From contig DATGCS010000265.1 in NCBI GenBank assembly GCA_035311685.1, positions 1 to 42,468 of the forward strand: a DNA stretch of 42,468 nucleotides, written 5' to 3'. Below the pieces are notes generated by a model. The model was not told the origin of the DNA and made no database searches. It saw only the letters and a program-made list of their open reading frames with translations. Shown here piece by piece: positions 27,109 through 36,992 of the stretch (position 1 is the first letter of the stretch; the number at the start of each line of letters is the position of its first letter). Position numbers and translations under genes: made by a program. The stretch is from Wenzhouxiangellaceae bacterium. GTDB lineage: Bacteria; Pseudomonadota; Gammaproteobacteria; Xanthomonadales; Wenzhouxiangellaceae.

Positions 27109-27806
27109 TCGGTTTCTCGGTCGAAAATCGTTTCAAGCGCAAGTCGTGCAGCGGCCTGCTCGGCTTTTCTGCGGGAAGTCGAGGTTGCCTCGATCGGCTC
27201 GTCGAGCATTTCGATCCTGCAGACAACGGTAAAAGTTCTATCATGTTCGGCGCCACGCTCGTCGATCACCTCGTAGACGGGCAACTTGAAGGCACGTGCC
27301 TGAAGCAGTTCCTGGAGGCGGGTCTTGGGATCCTTGAGCGCTTCTGCATCGGGAAGCGCCTCGATGCGCTCCGACATCAGGCGTTCGACCAGGCTCTGTG
27401 CAGCATCGAATCCGCCATCGAGAAATACAGCGCCGATCAACGCCTCCAGCGCGTCGGCAAGAATCGAATCGCGCAGGAAGCCACCGCTCTTGAGTTCACC
27501 CGGCCCAAGCAGAACATGATCGCCGAGTTCCAGCTGGCGTGCGACTTCGGCCAGTGTGCGTTCGCGCACGATGCGTGCCCGAAACCGGGAAAGATCGCCT
27601 TCGGGAACATCCGGGCGGGCGTGGAAAAGCAGGTCCGCCACGACCATATTGAGTACGCCATCGCCGAGGAATTCAAGACGTTCGTTGTTCGGGTGGCCGC
27701 AACTTCGGTGGGTCAGCGCAAGTCGCAGCAGCGCTGTACGCCGGAAGTCGTGCCCCAGCCCCTTGAGCGTCGAGATCGGACGAATGTCAGTTGAGCGGCT
27801 GGACAC
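27105..27806 (-). CDS. rnc: Ribonuclease III (start uncertain: GTG 27806 or ATG 27827)
   Basis: ALTHRS, NERLEFLGD, ADALEALIGA and dsRBD DPKTRLQE. Confidence 0.95.
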   Translation of the reverse strand: MSSRSTDIRPISTLKGLGHDFRRTALLRLALTHRSCGHPNNERLEFLGDGVLNMVVADLLFHARPDVPEGDLSRFRARIVRERTLAEVARQLELGDHVLLGPGELKSGGFLRDSILADALEALIGAVFLDGGFDAAQSLVERLMSERIEALPDAEALKDPKTRLQELLQARAFKLPVYEVIDERGAEHDRTFTVVCRIEMLDEPIEATSTSRRKAEQAAARLALETIFDRETE

Positions 27807-28146
27807 GCTTGAACGTGATGACCGCATCGAGATTGCCGATCAGGTCCTCGCGCACCTCGTACTCGGCGACGACCTCAACGCCGGTACTGCGAACGATCTC
27901 AATATCGCGCGCCGTGACGTGCTTGACGTAACTGGTCGAGAATTTTCTCGACAGCAGGTCGCGCAGACGAGCCTCGGACATGTTGGCAACGTCCGGTTCT
28001 TCCGCCAAACTCTTCATTGACGAGACCACCGAGTAGTGGTTGAGATAGATGGGGACCAGCTTCATGGCAATGTAGGCAACGAACAACGCCGCAGCCAGAA
28101 CAATTAGAAACCCGATCAGCGTCATGCCGCGTTGCTTCGAAATCAT
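27787..28146 (-). CDS. DUF4845-family protein
   Basis: Prepilin-like KQRGMTLIG N-terminus; canonical position between lepB and rnc. Confidence 0.85.
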   Translation of the reverse strand: MISKQRGMTLIGFLIVLAAALFVAYIAMKLVPIYLNHYSVVSSMKSLAEEPDVANMSEARLRDLLSRKFSTSYVKHVTARDIEIVRSTGVEVVAEYEVREDLIGNLDAVITFKRVQPLN

Positions 28147-28236
28147 TGACGGTTCTCCCGATTCGTCCAGACCCTGACTTGCCCTCTACCTCCCCCAAGG
28201 TTTGGGCAACATAATGGCACCTATTTCAAATGCTTG

Positions 28237-29043
28237 CTACTGAATCTTATCACCAATTCGCGAGAAGTCGATACAGAAACCGCTGGCGCAGTCCCAGTGC
28301 ATCCAGATCCGCACCGCTCGACCCACAAGGTTTTTCTCCGGCACGAAACCCCAGCCCCGACTGTCGTGTGATCGGTCCCTGTTATCCCCCATTGCAAAAT
28401 AATGGCCTTCGGGCACCACCCAGCTGCGAGGCCGTGCGGCTGGGCGACTCGGGTAAATCAGAAGCTGGTGAATCACATCGCCGAGATCTTCGGTCCTGAG
28501 CTGCGGATTACTGCCCGGCGGGTTCCTGTTGATCCCCTGTCCGATCCAGGGGCCGATCAGTTCCTGCGGTGCAGGCTCGCCGTTGATGTACAGCACCTTG
28601 TTGCGATAGGTAATGGTGTCTCCCGGCAGACCGATGACCCGCTTGATCATGTTCACGCCCTTTTCCTCGACCGACCTGAACACGAACACCTCACCACGCT
28701 CCGGCTCGCCGGTTTCGATGATCTTTGTGTTGAGTACAGGCAGACGCAGACCGTAGGAAAACTTGGAGACGACGATGAAATCGCCGATCAACAGCGTCGG
28801 CTGCATCGAGCCCGAAGGAATCTTGAAGGGTTCGAAGATGAACGACCTGAAGAGCAGGACAACAAGCAGCAGGGGGAAAAACGAGCGACCATATTCCACC
28901 GGTCGGGACGGCTCGTCGGTTTCGATTTCACCCCGGGCGAGGCGTTCGGCACGACGCTTGCGCAGCCAGAAGCGGTCCAGTGTCCAGACGATGCCGGCGA
29001 CCAGCGTCAGGGTGGTGATGATCAGGGCGAAATCCAATTGCAT
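28237..29043 (-). CDS. lepB: Signal peptidase I
   Basis: IPSGSMQPTL (Ser), IKRVIGLPGD (Lys) and GDNRDRSHDSR. Confidence 0.97.
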   Translation of the reverse strand: MQLDFALIITTLTLVAGIVWTLDRFWLRKRRAERLARGEIETDEPSRPVEYGRSFFPLLLVVLLFRSFIFEPFKIPSGSMQPTLLIGDFIVVSKFSYGLRLPVLNTKIIETGEPERGEVFVFRSVEEKGVNMIKRVIGLPGDTITYRNKVLYINGEPAPQELIGPWIGQGINRNPPGSNPQLRTEDLGDVIHQLLIYPSRPAARPRSWVVPEGHYFAMGDNRDRSHDSRGWGFVPEKNLVGRAVRIWMHWDCASGFCIDFSRIGDKIQ

Positions 29044-29139
29044 TGCAGTTCCAGTTCGTTGTTACATATCTTTTTTTGAATGATTCAGGCGGGAAATTCC
29101 GGCTAGTGATCGTTCAGCAATTATCATGCTGAAGGGCCA

Positions 29140-30942
29140 CTAGCGATCCCGATCCGTCCTCAGCACTGCAAGAAAGGCTTCCTGGGGGATCTCGACGTTG
29201 CCGACGTTCTTCATCCGGCGCTTGCCCGCCTTCTGTTTTTCCAGCAGCTTGCGCTTGCGCGAAACGTCGCCACCGTAGCACTTTGCAGTTACGTTCTTGC
29301 GGTATGCCTTGACCGTCGATCGCGCGATGATGTTCGAACCCACCGAGGCCTGGATCGCAATATCGAACATCTGGCGCGGAATCAGCTCGCGCATCCGCTC
29401 GGCCAAATCGCGCCCCTGGCGTTGCGCCAGATCCCGGTGCACGATCGTGCTCAAGGCATCCACGCGCTCGCCGTTGATCAACAGGTCCAAACGCACGAAC
29501 GGCCCGGCCTGGTGGCGCGCGGGCGCATATTCGAACGACGCAAAGCCCCTGCTGCAGGACTTCAGGCGGTCGAAGAAGTCGACGACGACTTCGGCCAGCG
29601 GCAGTTCATAGCTCAACTGCACCTGCCCGCCGAGGAACCGCATGTCGAGCTGCGCACCGCGCTTTTCTTCGCAAAGTCCAATCACCGCGCCCAGGTAATC
29701 CTGCGGCACCAGGATATTGGCGTTGATGATGGGCTCGCGGATTTCGACGATCTTGTTGAGCGGCGGCAGCTCGGCCGGGTTGTCCAGTTCGATCTCGCTG
29801 CCGTCGGACAGCGCCACCTCGTAGACCACCGTGGGCGCGGTGATGATCAGATCGAGATCGTACTCGCGCTCCAGCCGTTCCTGGACGATTTCCATGTGCA
29901 GCATGCCGAGAAATCCGCAACGAAAACCGAAGCCCAGCGCCATCGAGGTTTCCGGCTCGAACTGCAGCGCCGAATCGTTGAGCTGAAGCTTGTCCAGCGC
30001 TTCGCGAAGATCCGGATAGTCGGAAGAATCGACCGGGAAAATGCCGGCGAAAACGCGCGGCTGCATCGGCTTGAAGCCGGGCAAAGGCTTTTCGGCCGGA
30101 TCGCGCGACGACGTCAGCGTGTCTCCGACGGGCGCGCCGTGAATTTCCTTGATACCGGCCGCGACGAATCCGACCTGACCGCAGTCCAGGGTCTTCTCGA
30201 TCGTGCGCTTGGGCGTGAAGATGCCGATCTGGTCGGCGTCGTGCTCCTCGCCGGTCGACATCACGCGGATACGCTGTCCCTTGTGCAGCGTGCCCTGCTT
30301 GATGCGGATCAGCGAGTTCACGCCGAGGTAATTATCGAACCAGGAATCGATGATCAGCGCTTTCAGGGGGCCCTCGCGCATCTCGGGAGCGGGAATCCGC
30401 TTGACCAGCGCTTCGAGCACGTCGGCAATGCCCTCGCCGGTCTTGGCGCTGACCAGCAGCGCGTCGCTGGCGTCGATGCCGATGATGTCCTCGATCTGAG
30501 CCTTGACCCGCTCCGGATCGGCCGACGGCAGGTCGATCTTGTTGATCACCGGAATAACTTCCAGGCCCTGTTCGACGGCCGTGTAGCAGTTGGCTACGCT
30601 CTGCGCTTCGACGCCCTGGGCGGCGTCGACCACCAGCAAAGCGCCTTCGCAGGCCGACAAGGAACGCGAGACTTCATATGAGAAATCCACATGGCCTGGC
30701 GTATCGATGAAGTTCAGCTGATAGACCTGTCCGTCAGGCGCCGGGTAGTCCAGCGTCACGCTCTGCGCCTTGATCGTGATGCCGCGCTCACGCTCGATGT
30801 CCATGGAATCGAGCACCTGCTCGGCCATCTCCCGATTGGTCAAACCGCCGCACACCTGGATGAAACGATCGGCCAGCGTCGACTTGCCATGGTCGACATG
30901 GGCAATGATCGAGAAATTCCGGATATGCGAGCAATCGGTCAT
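29140..30942 (-). CDS. lepA: Elongation factor 4
   Basis: Start at [23 protein letters not shown]; [16 protein letters not shown] and [18 protein letters not shown]. Confidence 0.98.
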   Translation of the reverse strand: MTDCSHIRNFSIIAHVDHGKSTLADRFIQVCGGLTNREMAEQVLDSMDIERERGITIKAQSVTLDYPAPDGQVYQLNFIDTPGHVDFSYEVSRSLSACEGALLVVDAAQGVEAQSVANCYTAVEQGLEVIPVINKIDLPSADPERVKAQIEDIIGIDASDALLVSAKTGEGIADVLEALVKRIPAPEMREGPLKALIIDSWFDNYLGVNSLIRIKQGTLHKGQRIRVMSTGEEHDADQIGIFTPKRTIEKTLDCGQVGFVAAGIKEIHGAPVGDTLTSSRDPAEKPLPGFKPMQPRVFAGIFPVDSSDYPDLREALDKLQLNDSALQFEPETSMALGFGFRCGFLGMLHMEIVQERLEREYDLDLIITAPTVVYEVALSDGSEIELDNPAELPPLNKIVEIREPIINANILVPQDYLGAVIGLCEEKRGAQLDMRFLGGQVQLSYELPLAEVVVDFFDRLKSCSRGFASFEYAPARHQAGPFVRLDLLINGERVDALSTIVHRDLAQRQGRDLAERMRELIPRQMFDIAIQASVGSNIIARSTVKAYRKNVTAKCYGGDVSRKRKLLEKQKAGKRRMKNVGNVEIPQEAFLAVLRTDRDR

Positions 30943-31050
30943 CAAGGCATCTGCGTCGGGTGAGTAGTGAACCGGGCCAGGGCGCCGGCAGCCGGCAAGG
31001 CCGATTACTGCGCCTGGCACACGACAGCGCCAGCAGTCCGGTCCGTGCAT

Positions 31051-31086
31051 GAAACAAGGCCGCCACCGGTTCGGGCCAGTGGCGGC
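31051..31086 (-). terminator. Hairpin with U-rich tail downstream of degP/mucD
   Basis: Minus strand GCCGCCAC...GTGGCGGC followed by CTTGTTTC. Confidence 0.55.
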
Positions 31087-31142
31087 ACACGCACATTATA
31101 GCCGGAGCATGGTGGACACCCCGGCGCCGTTTGGCATTTAGA

Positions 31143-32549
31143 CTATTCCTCACCCTCCGGTGTATAGGCGACAAATTGCGTAGCGCCGTCACGCCAGACC
31201 AGAAGTGCCACGGGCCGGCCGGATTCGAGGTCGTCGACTATATCCTCGAAGTCCTCCAGCGTTGTCACCTGCTGGTTGTTGATCATCCGAATCACGTCAC
31301 CTCGCCGAATTCCGGCGCGATAGGCATTGTCGCTTTCAACGGCCGTGACCAGCAGGCCGCTGTCAATGCCTTCAGCGCGACGAAGCTGCTCGTCGCTTAG
31401 CGCCTCCACCGACAAACCGAGCGCATTGGTCGGTTCGCTGTCGCGCGTCTCGCCCCGATCGTCGGTTTCCTGGCCCTCGTCGCGCTCGTCCAGTGACAGG
31501 GTCAGATCGCGCGTCTCGCCCCAGCGCGAGATGCTCAGGCCGATTTCCTCACCGGGGCGGATCGATCCAACGATCGGCGGCAGATCCGAAAATACCTCGA
31601 TGTCCCGGCCGTTGACTTCCAGAATCACGTCGCCGACTTCGATGCCGGCGCGGTCGGCAGCACTGTCCGGCTCGACCCGGTTGACCAGCGCACCGACGGG
31701 GCGGTCCAGGCCGAGCGCGTCTGCGCGCTCGCGATCCACGCCCTGAATGCCCACGCCCAGGTAGCCGCGCGAGACGCGACCGAATTCCAGGAGTTGATCA
31801 ATCGTGCTCGACGCCGTTTCGATGGGAATAGAAAACGACAGGCCGATGTTGCCGCCGCTGGAACTCAGAATCCAGGAGTTGATGCCAACGACGCGGCCTT
31901 CCGTATCGATCAGAGGCCCACCGGAATTGCCGCGATTGATCGCCACGTCCGACTGGATGAAGGGAACGTATTGTTGCTGCCCCTGGGTCCTGCCCTTTGC
32001 GCTGACGATGCCGGCCGTCACGCTCTGTTCGAACTGGAACGGGGAACCGATGGCGATCACCCATTCGCCCGGGCGCAGCGTCGAAGAATCTCCATAACGC
32101 AGGGTAGGCAGATCGTCGGCATCGATTCTGAGCACGGCCACGTCGGTTTCCTGGTCTGAACCCACCAATTCGGCGACGAATTCGCGCCGGTCCGATAACC
32201 GGACGATAATTTCGTCGGCTTCCTCGATAACATGATGATTGGTAATGATCAAACCATCCTCGCGCACGATGAAGCCCGAACCGCCGCCGCGCCGGTCCGG
32301 CCGGCCACGCGGCGAGCCGTCGCCGAACGGCTCGAAGAAGCGGCGGAATAATTCCGGCATATCTTCCGGCATCTGCCCGCGCTGAACCTCCGGATTCGGC
32401 CGCTCTCCAAAGCGGGTCGTTTCAATATTGACGACTGCCGGAATGCTGGCTTCGACAATATCGGCGAAATCGGCTGGCGCCGCGCGCGAATTCAGCGCGA
32501 AAAACACCAGCGCCGCGATGAATAATGCTTTCATTTCTGGCTTGAACAT
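31143..32549 (-). CDS. mucD: DegP/MucD-family periplasmic serine protease with two PDZ domains
   Basis: TNHHV, TDVAVL and GNSGGPL triad; signal peptide; follows rseC. The start could alternatively be 32579. Confidence 0.92.
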   Translation of the reverse strand: MFKPEMKALFIAALVFFALNSRAAPADFADIVEASIPAVVNIETTRFGERPNPEVQRGQMPEDMPELFRRFFEPFGDGSPRGRPDRRGGGSGFIVREDGLIITNHHVIEEADEIIVRLSDRREFVAELVGSDQETDVAVLRIDADDLPTLRYGDSSTLRPGEWVIAIGSPFQFEQSVTAGIVSAKGRTQGQQQYVPFIQSDVAINRGNSGGPLIDTEGRVVGINSWILSSSGGNIGLSFSIPIETASSTIDQLLEFGRVSRGYLGVGIQGVDRERADALGLDRPVGALVNRVEPDSAADRAGIEVGDVILEVNGRDIEVFSDLPPIVGSIRPGEEIGLSISRWGETRDLTLSLDERDEGQETDDRGETRDSEPTNALGLSVEALSDEQLRRAEGIDSGLLVTAVESDNAYRAGIRRGDVIRMINNQQVTTLEDFEDIVDDLESGRPVALLVWRDGATQFVAYTPEGEE

Positions 32550-32616
32550 TAATGTGTAACCCTTTGTCTCTGAATTCATGTGTAATCTTTCCGGCGCGCG
32601 CAGCAGCGGCATGCCA

Positions 32617-33102
32617 TCAAGGACCGTACGAGGAGAAATGGTCGCTCGCGTCGGCCGATTCAAGGCCTTGGTGCAGATCCACCAGTTGCAAGCGCGGTTG
32701 AGCAATGACGTTCAGCGGATAACGCAACAGCAATACCGCAGCCAGCGCGAATGACAAACCGGTCGTCAATGCGACTGGGTCACTTTCCGGCCTGAGCATG
32801 TCGCCGAGCACCGCACCGGCCACGAACGAGAGCACCGGTACAAGATAGGTTGCCGCGGCTGCCAGGACAAGCCAACGTGGATCCAGCCCTACCCGCACCA
32901 CGCGATCCGCCGGAATCTCGCAGTCCCCAGGCATTCTGAGACGGGTGTCCGGCCGGGCAAACAGACGGCTGAACAACGCGGCGCCGCAGCCCGTGCCGCG
33001 GCTGCATCGACTGCATGCGCGAAGGTCGCTGAATTCCAGCCAGCGCCCCTCATCGCCTTGCCGGACGATTGCAGTCTGCCAGATCAGATCGGCATTCTTC
33101 AT
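32617..33102 (-). CDS. rseC: RseC/MucC-family protein
   Basis: ACSRCSRGTGCG cysteine motif followed by two TM helices; operon position. Confidence 0.88.
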   Translation of the reverse strand: MKNADLIWQTAIVRQGDEGRWLEFSDLRACSRCSRGTGCGAALFSRLFARPDTRLRMPGDCEIPADRVVRVGLDPRWLVLAAAATYLVPVLSFVAGAVLGDMLRPESDPVALTTGLSFALAAVLLLRYPLNVIAQPRLQLVDLHQGLESADASDHFSSYGP

Positions 33103-33115
33103 ACTAGAGACGGAA

Positions 33116-34108
33116 TCATTCCAGGTGCCGCAGCATAGGCGCCTGCAGTCTGCGCAAGTGCCTGCCGATCAGACGGACGGTCGGCGCCGGAACTTCTCCG
33201 ACGACAGTAACCAGGTTACCCTCGATGCTTCCCGTATAGATGTGCATCGCACCGCGCGACTCGATCTGCTCGGCGATGCCGACACTGCGTCCGAACTCGA
33301 CATAGATCGAGAAGCTCGACAAGCCGTCGCTGTAAAGAAGATGCTCGTAACGCTGACCATCGCTGCCGCCGTGTCCCACCGAGGTCAGCTCGAATCCCTT
33401 GGGCAGGGATTCGGGAAGCCATAGCGGCGTCTTGCTGGACGCGAATGCGCCGGCGTTGCTGTTGCCGATCTGATAACGCGTCACCTCGGACGGATTATCC
33501 AGATCGCTTTCCAGTTCCGAGTCGGCAATCGACGCGCCGAGTTCGATCTCGACAAAACTGAGTTTCTCGACGATGTCACCATCCGGTGCGAACACCACCG
33601 AACGCAGCAGCATTCCGGTATCGCTGTCCAGCCATAACCTGCGGCCATATCGATACTGATCCAGCGGCAGTATTTCTATGATCCTGGCATCCCGGGCTGC
33701 GACACGGCCGGTCCCCAGCAGGCGCATACGGTAGACCGAATCCGCACCCAGGATCTCGCCAAGCGGAATGCGAGGTAGAAGACGCGTCGGAAAAGGGTTA
33801 TCGACGATAACCGAAGCTTGTCCGGAAACCAGGCAGCGCACCTGATCCCGGTCACGCAACACTTCGCGCTGCGGCCCGTCGAGGGCGTAGATACGTTCAC
33901 GAACGCCGTCATCGTCAACCCGATGAAGTACCCGCATCGTATCGATGCGGTTGTTTCCGGTGCTTACAAGCGTGCCCCGGTAACTGATGGACGCAACGGC
34001 ATGATCCATCCGCACCAGCCATTGCTCTATCGAGTCCGCCCACAGTTGACCCGAGCAACACAACGAGACGACCGCAGCAGCGAGGAACGAATGCACTCGC
34101 ATCGGCAT
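33116..34108 (-). CDS. rseB: RseB/MucB periplasmic regulator
   Basis: SYRGT, LDGPQREV, DQYRYGRRLWLD, YSDGLSSFSIY and VVGEVP. Confidence 0.93.
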   Translation of the reverse strand: MPMRVHSFLAAAVVSLCCSGQLWADSIEQWLVRMDHAVASISYRGTLVSTGNNRIDTMRVLHRVDDDGVRERIYALDGPQREVLRDRDQVRCLVSGQASVIVDNPFPTRLLPRIPLGEILGADSVYRMRLLGTGRVAARDARIIEILPLDQYRYGRRLWLDSDTGMLLRSVVFAPDGDIVEKLSFVEIELGASIADSELESDLDNPSEVTRYQIGNSNAGAFASSKTPLWLPESLPKGFELTSVGHGGSDGQRYEHLLYSDGLSSFSIYVEFGRSVGIAEQIESRGAMHIYTGSIEGNLVTVVGEVPAPTVRLIGRHLRRLQAPMLRHLE

Positions 34109-34788
34109 TACCGGTCTTGTTCAACCTGGTCGACGCTATCGGTCGGCTCATCGATCGACGGATTCACGGCCGCCGGCGCGGCCAGTACCGGCATCAACGA
34201 AATAAACCCGTTGCCTCCGGCCGCCTGACTATGCCGAATCATGTAGCGATTGATCCGCTGGTGAGTCGGCGAGCGAGTATCGACGGCGCCGGGAGATTCC
34301 CGGTTCGCTCCAAAGCCGGCTGGAACAAGCGGCGCGTTGAACTGTCGATCCAGCACTGTGGACTGGCTGACGAAGCCCGGTCCCTGCGCCTGCTGTTGGG
34401 CAGCCGAATCCTCGGAATCGATGCGGTTGGCCAGTCCCAATACTGCAACCATGGCTACACTCGCGGCAACCGCCCCACCGATACCCATGCGCATCAATGA
34501 GGTGAACCGCCCGGCGCGCTCGGGCGCGGCTTCATCCCGCAGCGCGGCCTGTACCCTGTCGACCAGCGATACCGGACCGCTGAACTCACGCTGGAGGCAA
34601 GCCCGCACCACATGGAAACGCTGCCACTGTTGGTGCATGTGGTCGTCATCGGACAGGCGCCTGAACAGAAAGGCGGCTCCCTTCGGATCGAGTTCGCCAT
34701 CCACGAGTGCTGAAATCGGTTCGTTGTTTCTGTCCATGGCTTCGGTCTCTCGAATGTCGGTTTGATTGGTCATGCGGGCTCCAGACAC
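34108..34788 (-). CDS. rseA: Anti-sigma-E factor RseA/MucA (start may be 34773)
   Basis: ISALVDGEL...WQRFHVVR N-domain, one TM segment, INRYMIRH. Confidence 0.9.
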   Translation of the reverse strand: MSGARMTNQTDIRETEAMDRNNEPISALVDGELDPKGAAFLFRRLSDDDHMHQQWQRFHVVRACLQREFSGPVSLVDRVQAALRDEAAPERAGRFTSLMRMGIGGAVAASVAMVAVLGLANRIDSEDSAAQQQAQGPGFVSQSTVLDRQFNAPLVPAGFGANRESPGAVDTRSPTHQRINRYMIRHSQAAGGNGFISLMPVLAAPAAVNPSIDEPTDSVDQVEQDR

Positions 34789-35375
34789 TAGTCATCCAGG
34801 TTGCTCAGCAACGGCCTGAGACGGCTGTCGATCGCTTCGCGCGCGCGGAAGATCCGCGAACGGACGGTTCCGATCGGACAATCCATCGTCGTCGCTATCT
34901 CTTCGTAGCTCATGCCTTCCATCTCGCGCAGGGTGATTGCCACGCGAAGGTCGTCGGGAAGATCGGCGATGGCCTCGTGAATTGTGGTTTCAATTTCTTC
35001 CTTGAGAAGTTCGTGTTCGGGTGAGCTGCGATCCTTCAGACGCGTTTCGATCTGAAATTGTTCCGCATCCTGTGCATCCACGTCCGAAGAGGGGGGGCGC
35101 CGGCTTTGCGAAACGAGGTGATTCTTGGCCGTATTGATCGCGATTCGATACATCCAGGTGTAAAAGGCGCTGTCGCCACGAAATCGACCGATCGCCCTGT
35201 AGGCTTTGATAAAAGCTTCCTGGGCAACATCCAGCGCCTCCGCATGATCGGATACGTAGCGCGAGATCAGGCTCACGATCTTGTGCTGATATTTCCCTAC
35301 CAGCAGATCGAACGCCCGCTTGTCGCCCTTCTGGACTCTTTCGACCAGTAGCTGATCGGTTTCACGTTCGCCCAT
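34788..35375 (-). CDS. rpoE: ECF sigma factor RpoE/AlgU
   Basis: DQLLVERVQKGDKRAFDLLV, FRGDSAFYTWMYRIAINTAKN and CPIGTVRSRIFRARE. Confidence 0.98.
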   Translation of the reverse strand: MGERETDQLLVERVQKGDKRAFDLLVGKYQHKIVSLISRYVSDHAEALDVAQEAFIKAYRAIGRFRGDSAFYTWMYRIAINTAKNHLVSQSRRPPSSDVDAQDAEQFQIETRLKDRSSPEHELLKEEIETTIHEAIADLPDDLRVAITLREMEGMSYEEIATTMDCPIGTVRSRIFRAREAIDSRLRPLLSNLDD

Positions 35376-35427
35376 CGGGCCGCCTTGCTCCTTTCGGATG
35401 TGTGTCGGGCCGGACGGGCGCTAACTG

Positions 35428-35454
35428 ATTGACCGCCGTCCGGCGCATTAGTTC
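35428..35454 (-). promoter_or_regulatory. sigmaE-dependent autoregulatory promoter of rpoE
   Basis: Minus strand GAACTA-N16-TCAAT, close to the GAACTT-N16-TCAAA consensus, about 50 nt upstream of the ATG. Confidence 0.75.
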
Positions 35455-35513
35455 GTATCGTCGGCTGATTTCCAGGCACTCGAATGTCCGCGGCGTCACG
35501 CCGGCCCGTCGCA

Positions 35514-36992
35514 TCAACTCTCGCGTGTAACTCGCAATACTTCGTCCAGCGAGGTCTCTCCGGAAAGCGCCTTTCGCCAACCGTCTTCAAATATGGACGG
35601 CGCAAAGCGCCGAGCGAGTTCTTCCAGTTCCGCCTCGGGCGCCCGTCTGTGAATTGCGGCCTGAAGATTGTCGTCAATGGTCACCAGTTCATAAATGCCA
35701 GTACGACCGCTAAATCCACTCTCGCCCGGCGGAAGTTCAGCCTCCGGACGGTACAGGGTAACCGGTTGTTCAACCGCAATACCGGTCGCCGCAAGCGCTT
35801 CGGGCTGAAACTCGATGGCCCGTCGAAAATCCGGATCGAGCCGGCGCACCAGTCGCTGGGCCATCACGCCGACAAGACTTGACGACAGAAGGAACGGCTC
35901 GATCCCCATGTCCACAAGCCGGTTGATCGCACCGACCGCGGTGTTGGTATGCAGTGTGGACAACACGAGATGGCCCGTCATGGACGCCTGAACGGCGATG
36001 CGCGCAGTCTCCAGGTCCCGGATCTCGCCAATCATCACGACATCCGGATCCTGGCGCAGGATGGCTCGCAGTCCGCGAGCGAAAGTCAGGTCCACCTTCG
36101 GATTCACCTGGGTCTGGCCGATACCGTCTATGTCGTACTCGATCGGGTCCTCCACCGTCATGATGTTGCGGCTTCGGTCGTTGAGTTCCAGCAAAGCGGC
36201 GTACAGCGTGGTCGACTTGCCCGACCCCGTCGGTCCGGTCACCAGCAGAATCCCGTGCGGCCGATGGACCAGACGCCTTAGTCGATCGAGGGTGGCGCCG
36301 TCCATGCCAAGTTCCGGGAGACCCAGCTTGCCGGCCTGTTTGTCCAGAAGCCTGAGCACAACACGTTCACCGTGGCTGGAAGGCAAGGTGGATACTCGAA
36401 CGTCCACCGGCCTGCCGGCAAGCCGAAGACTGATTCGGCCGTCCTGGGGAAGGCGCTTCTCGGCAATGTCGAGGCGCGCCATGACCTTGATGCGCGACGC
36501 CACCAGCGATGCGAGCGCAGGCGATGTAGACAGCACCTCTCGCAGCACGCCATCGACCCGGAACCTTACCGAAAGACGATCTTCGAATGGCTCGAAATGG
36601 ATGTCGGACGCCTGGTCGCGCAGCGCCTGCGAAAGCACACCGTTGATCAAACGGATGATCGGCGCATCGTCGTCCGCTTCCAGCAGATCGGCCGGTTCCG
36701 GCAGTTGCTCGGCCAGTCGGCTCAGATCGAGTTCGTCGTTGAGATTCTCGGCAACCTTGTGGGCCTCGACGTTGCCGCCCTGGTACAGCCTGGAAATCAG
36801 GTCACCGTACTCCGCCTCGCCGAGTTTCTCGATGGTCGTAGCGCCCGAGATGTTCCGGCGCACTTCGCGCAGAGCTTCCAGGTCGGTCGGTTCGCGAGCG
36901 ACTATTCTGAACCGGCCCTGCTCGTCGCGCCCGGCGACTGTGACACCGCGGCGCCGGGCAAATCCGAATCCGGGTCTGAAATCAGCGCTCAT
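35514..36992 (-). CDS. gspE: Type II secretion ATPase GspE
   Basis: ASDIHFEP, DIAEKRLPQDGR, Walker A GPTGSGKS, LRQDPD and GHLVLSTLHTN. Start set at MSADFRPGF. Confidence 0.95.
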   Translation of the reverse strand: MSADFRPGFGFARRRGVTVAGRDEQGRFRIVAREPTDLEALREVRRNISGATTIEKLGEAEYGDLISRLYQGGNVEAHKVAENLNDELDLSRLAEQLPEPADLLEADDDAPIIRLINGVLSQALRDQASDIHFEPFEDRLSVRFRVDGVLREVLSTSPALASLVASRIKVMARLDIAEKRLPQDGRISLRLAGRPVDVRVSTLPSSHGERVVLRLLDKQAGKLGLPELGMDGATLDRLRRLVHRPHGILLVTGPTGSGKSTTLYAALLELNDRSRNIMTVEDPIEYDIDGIGQTQVNPKVDLTFARGLRAILRQDPDVVMIGEIRDLETARIAVQASMTGHLVLSTLHTNTAVGAINRLVDMGIEPFLLSSSLVGVMAQRLVRRLDPDFRRAIEFQPEALAATGIAVEQPVTLYRPEAELPPGESGFSGRTGIYELVTIDDNLQAAIHRRAPEAELEELARRFAPSIFEDGWRKALSGETSLDEVLRVTRES

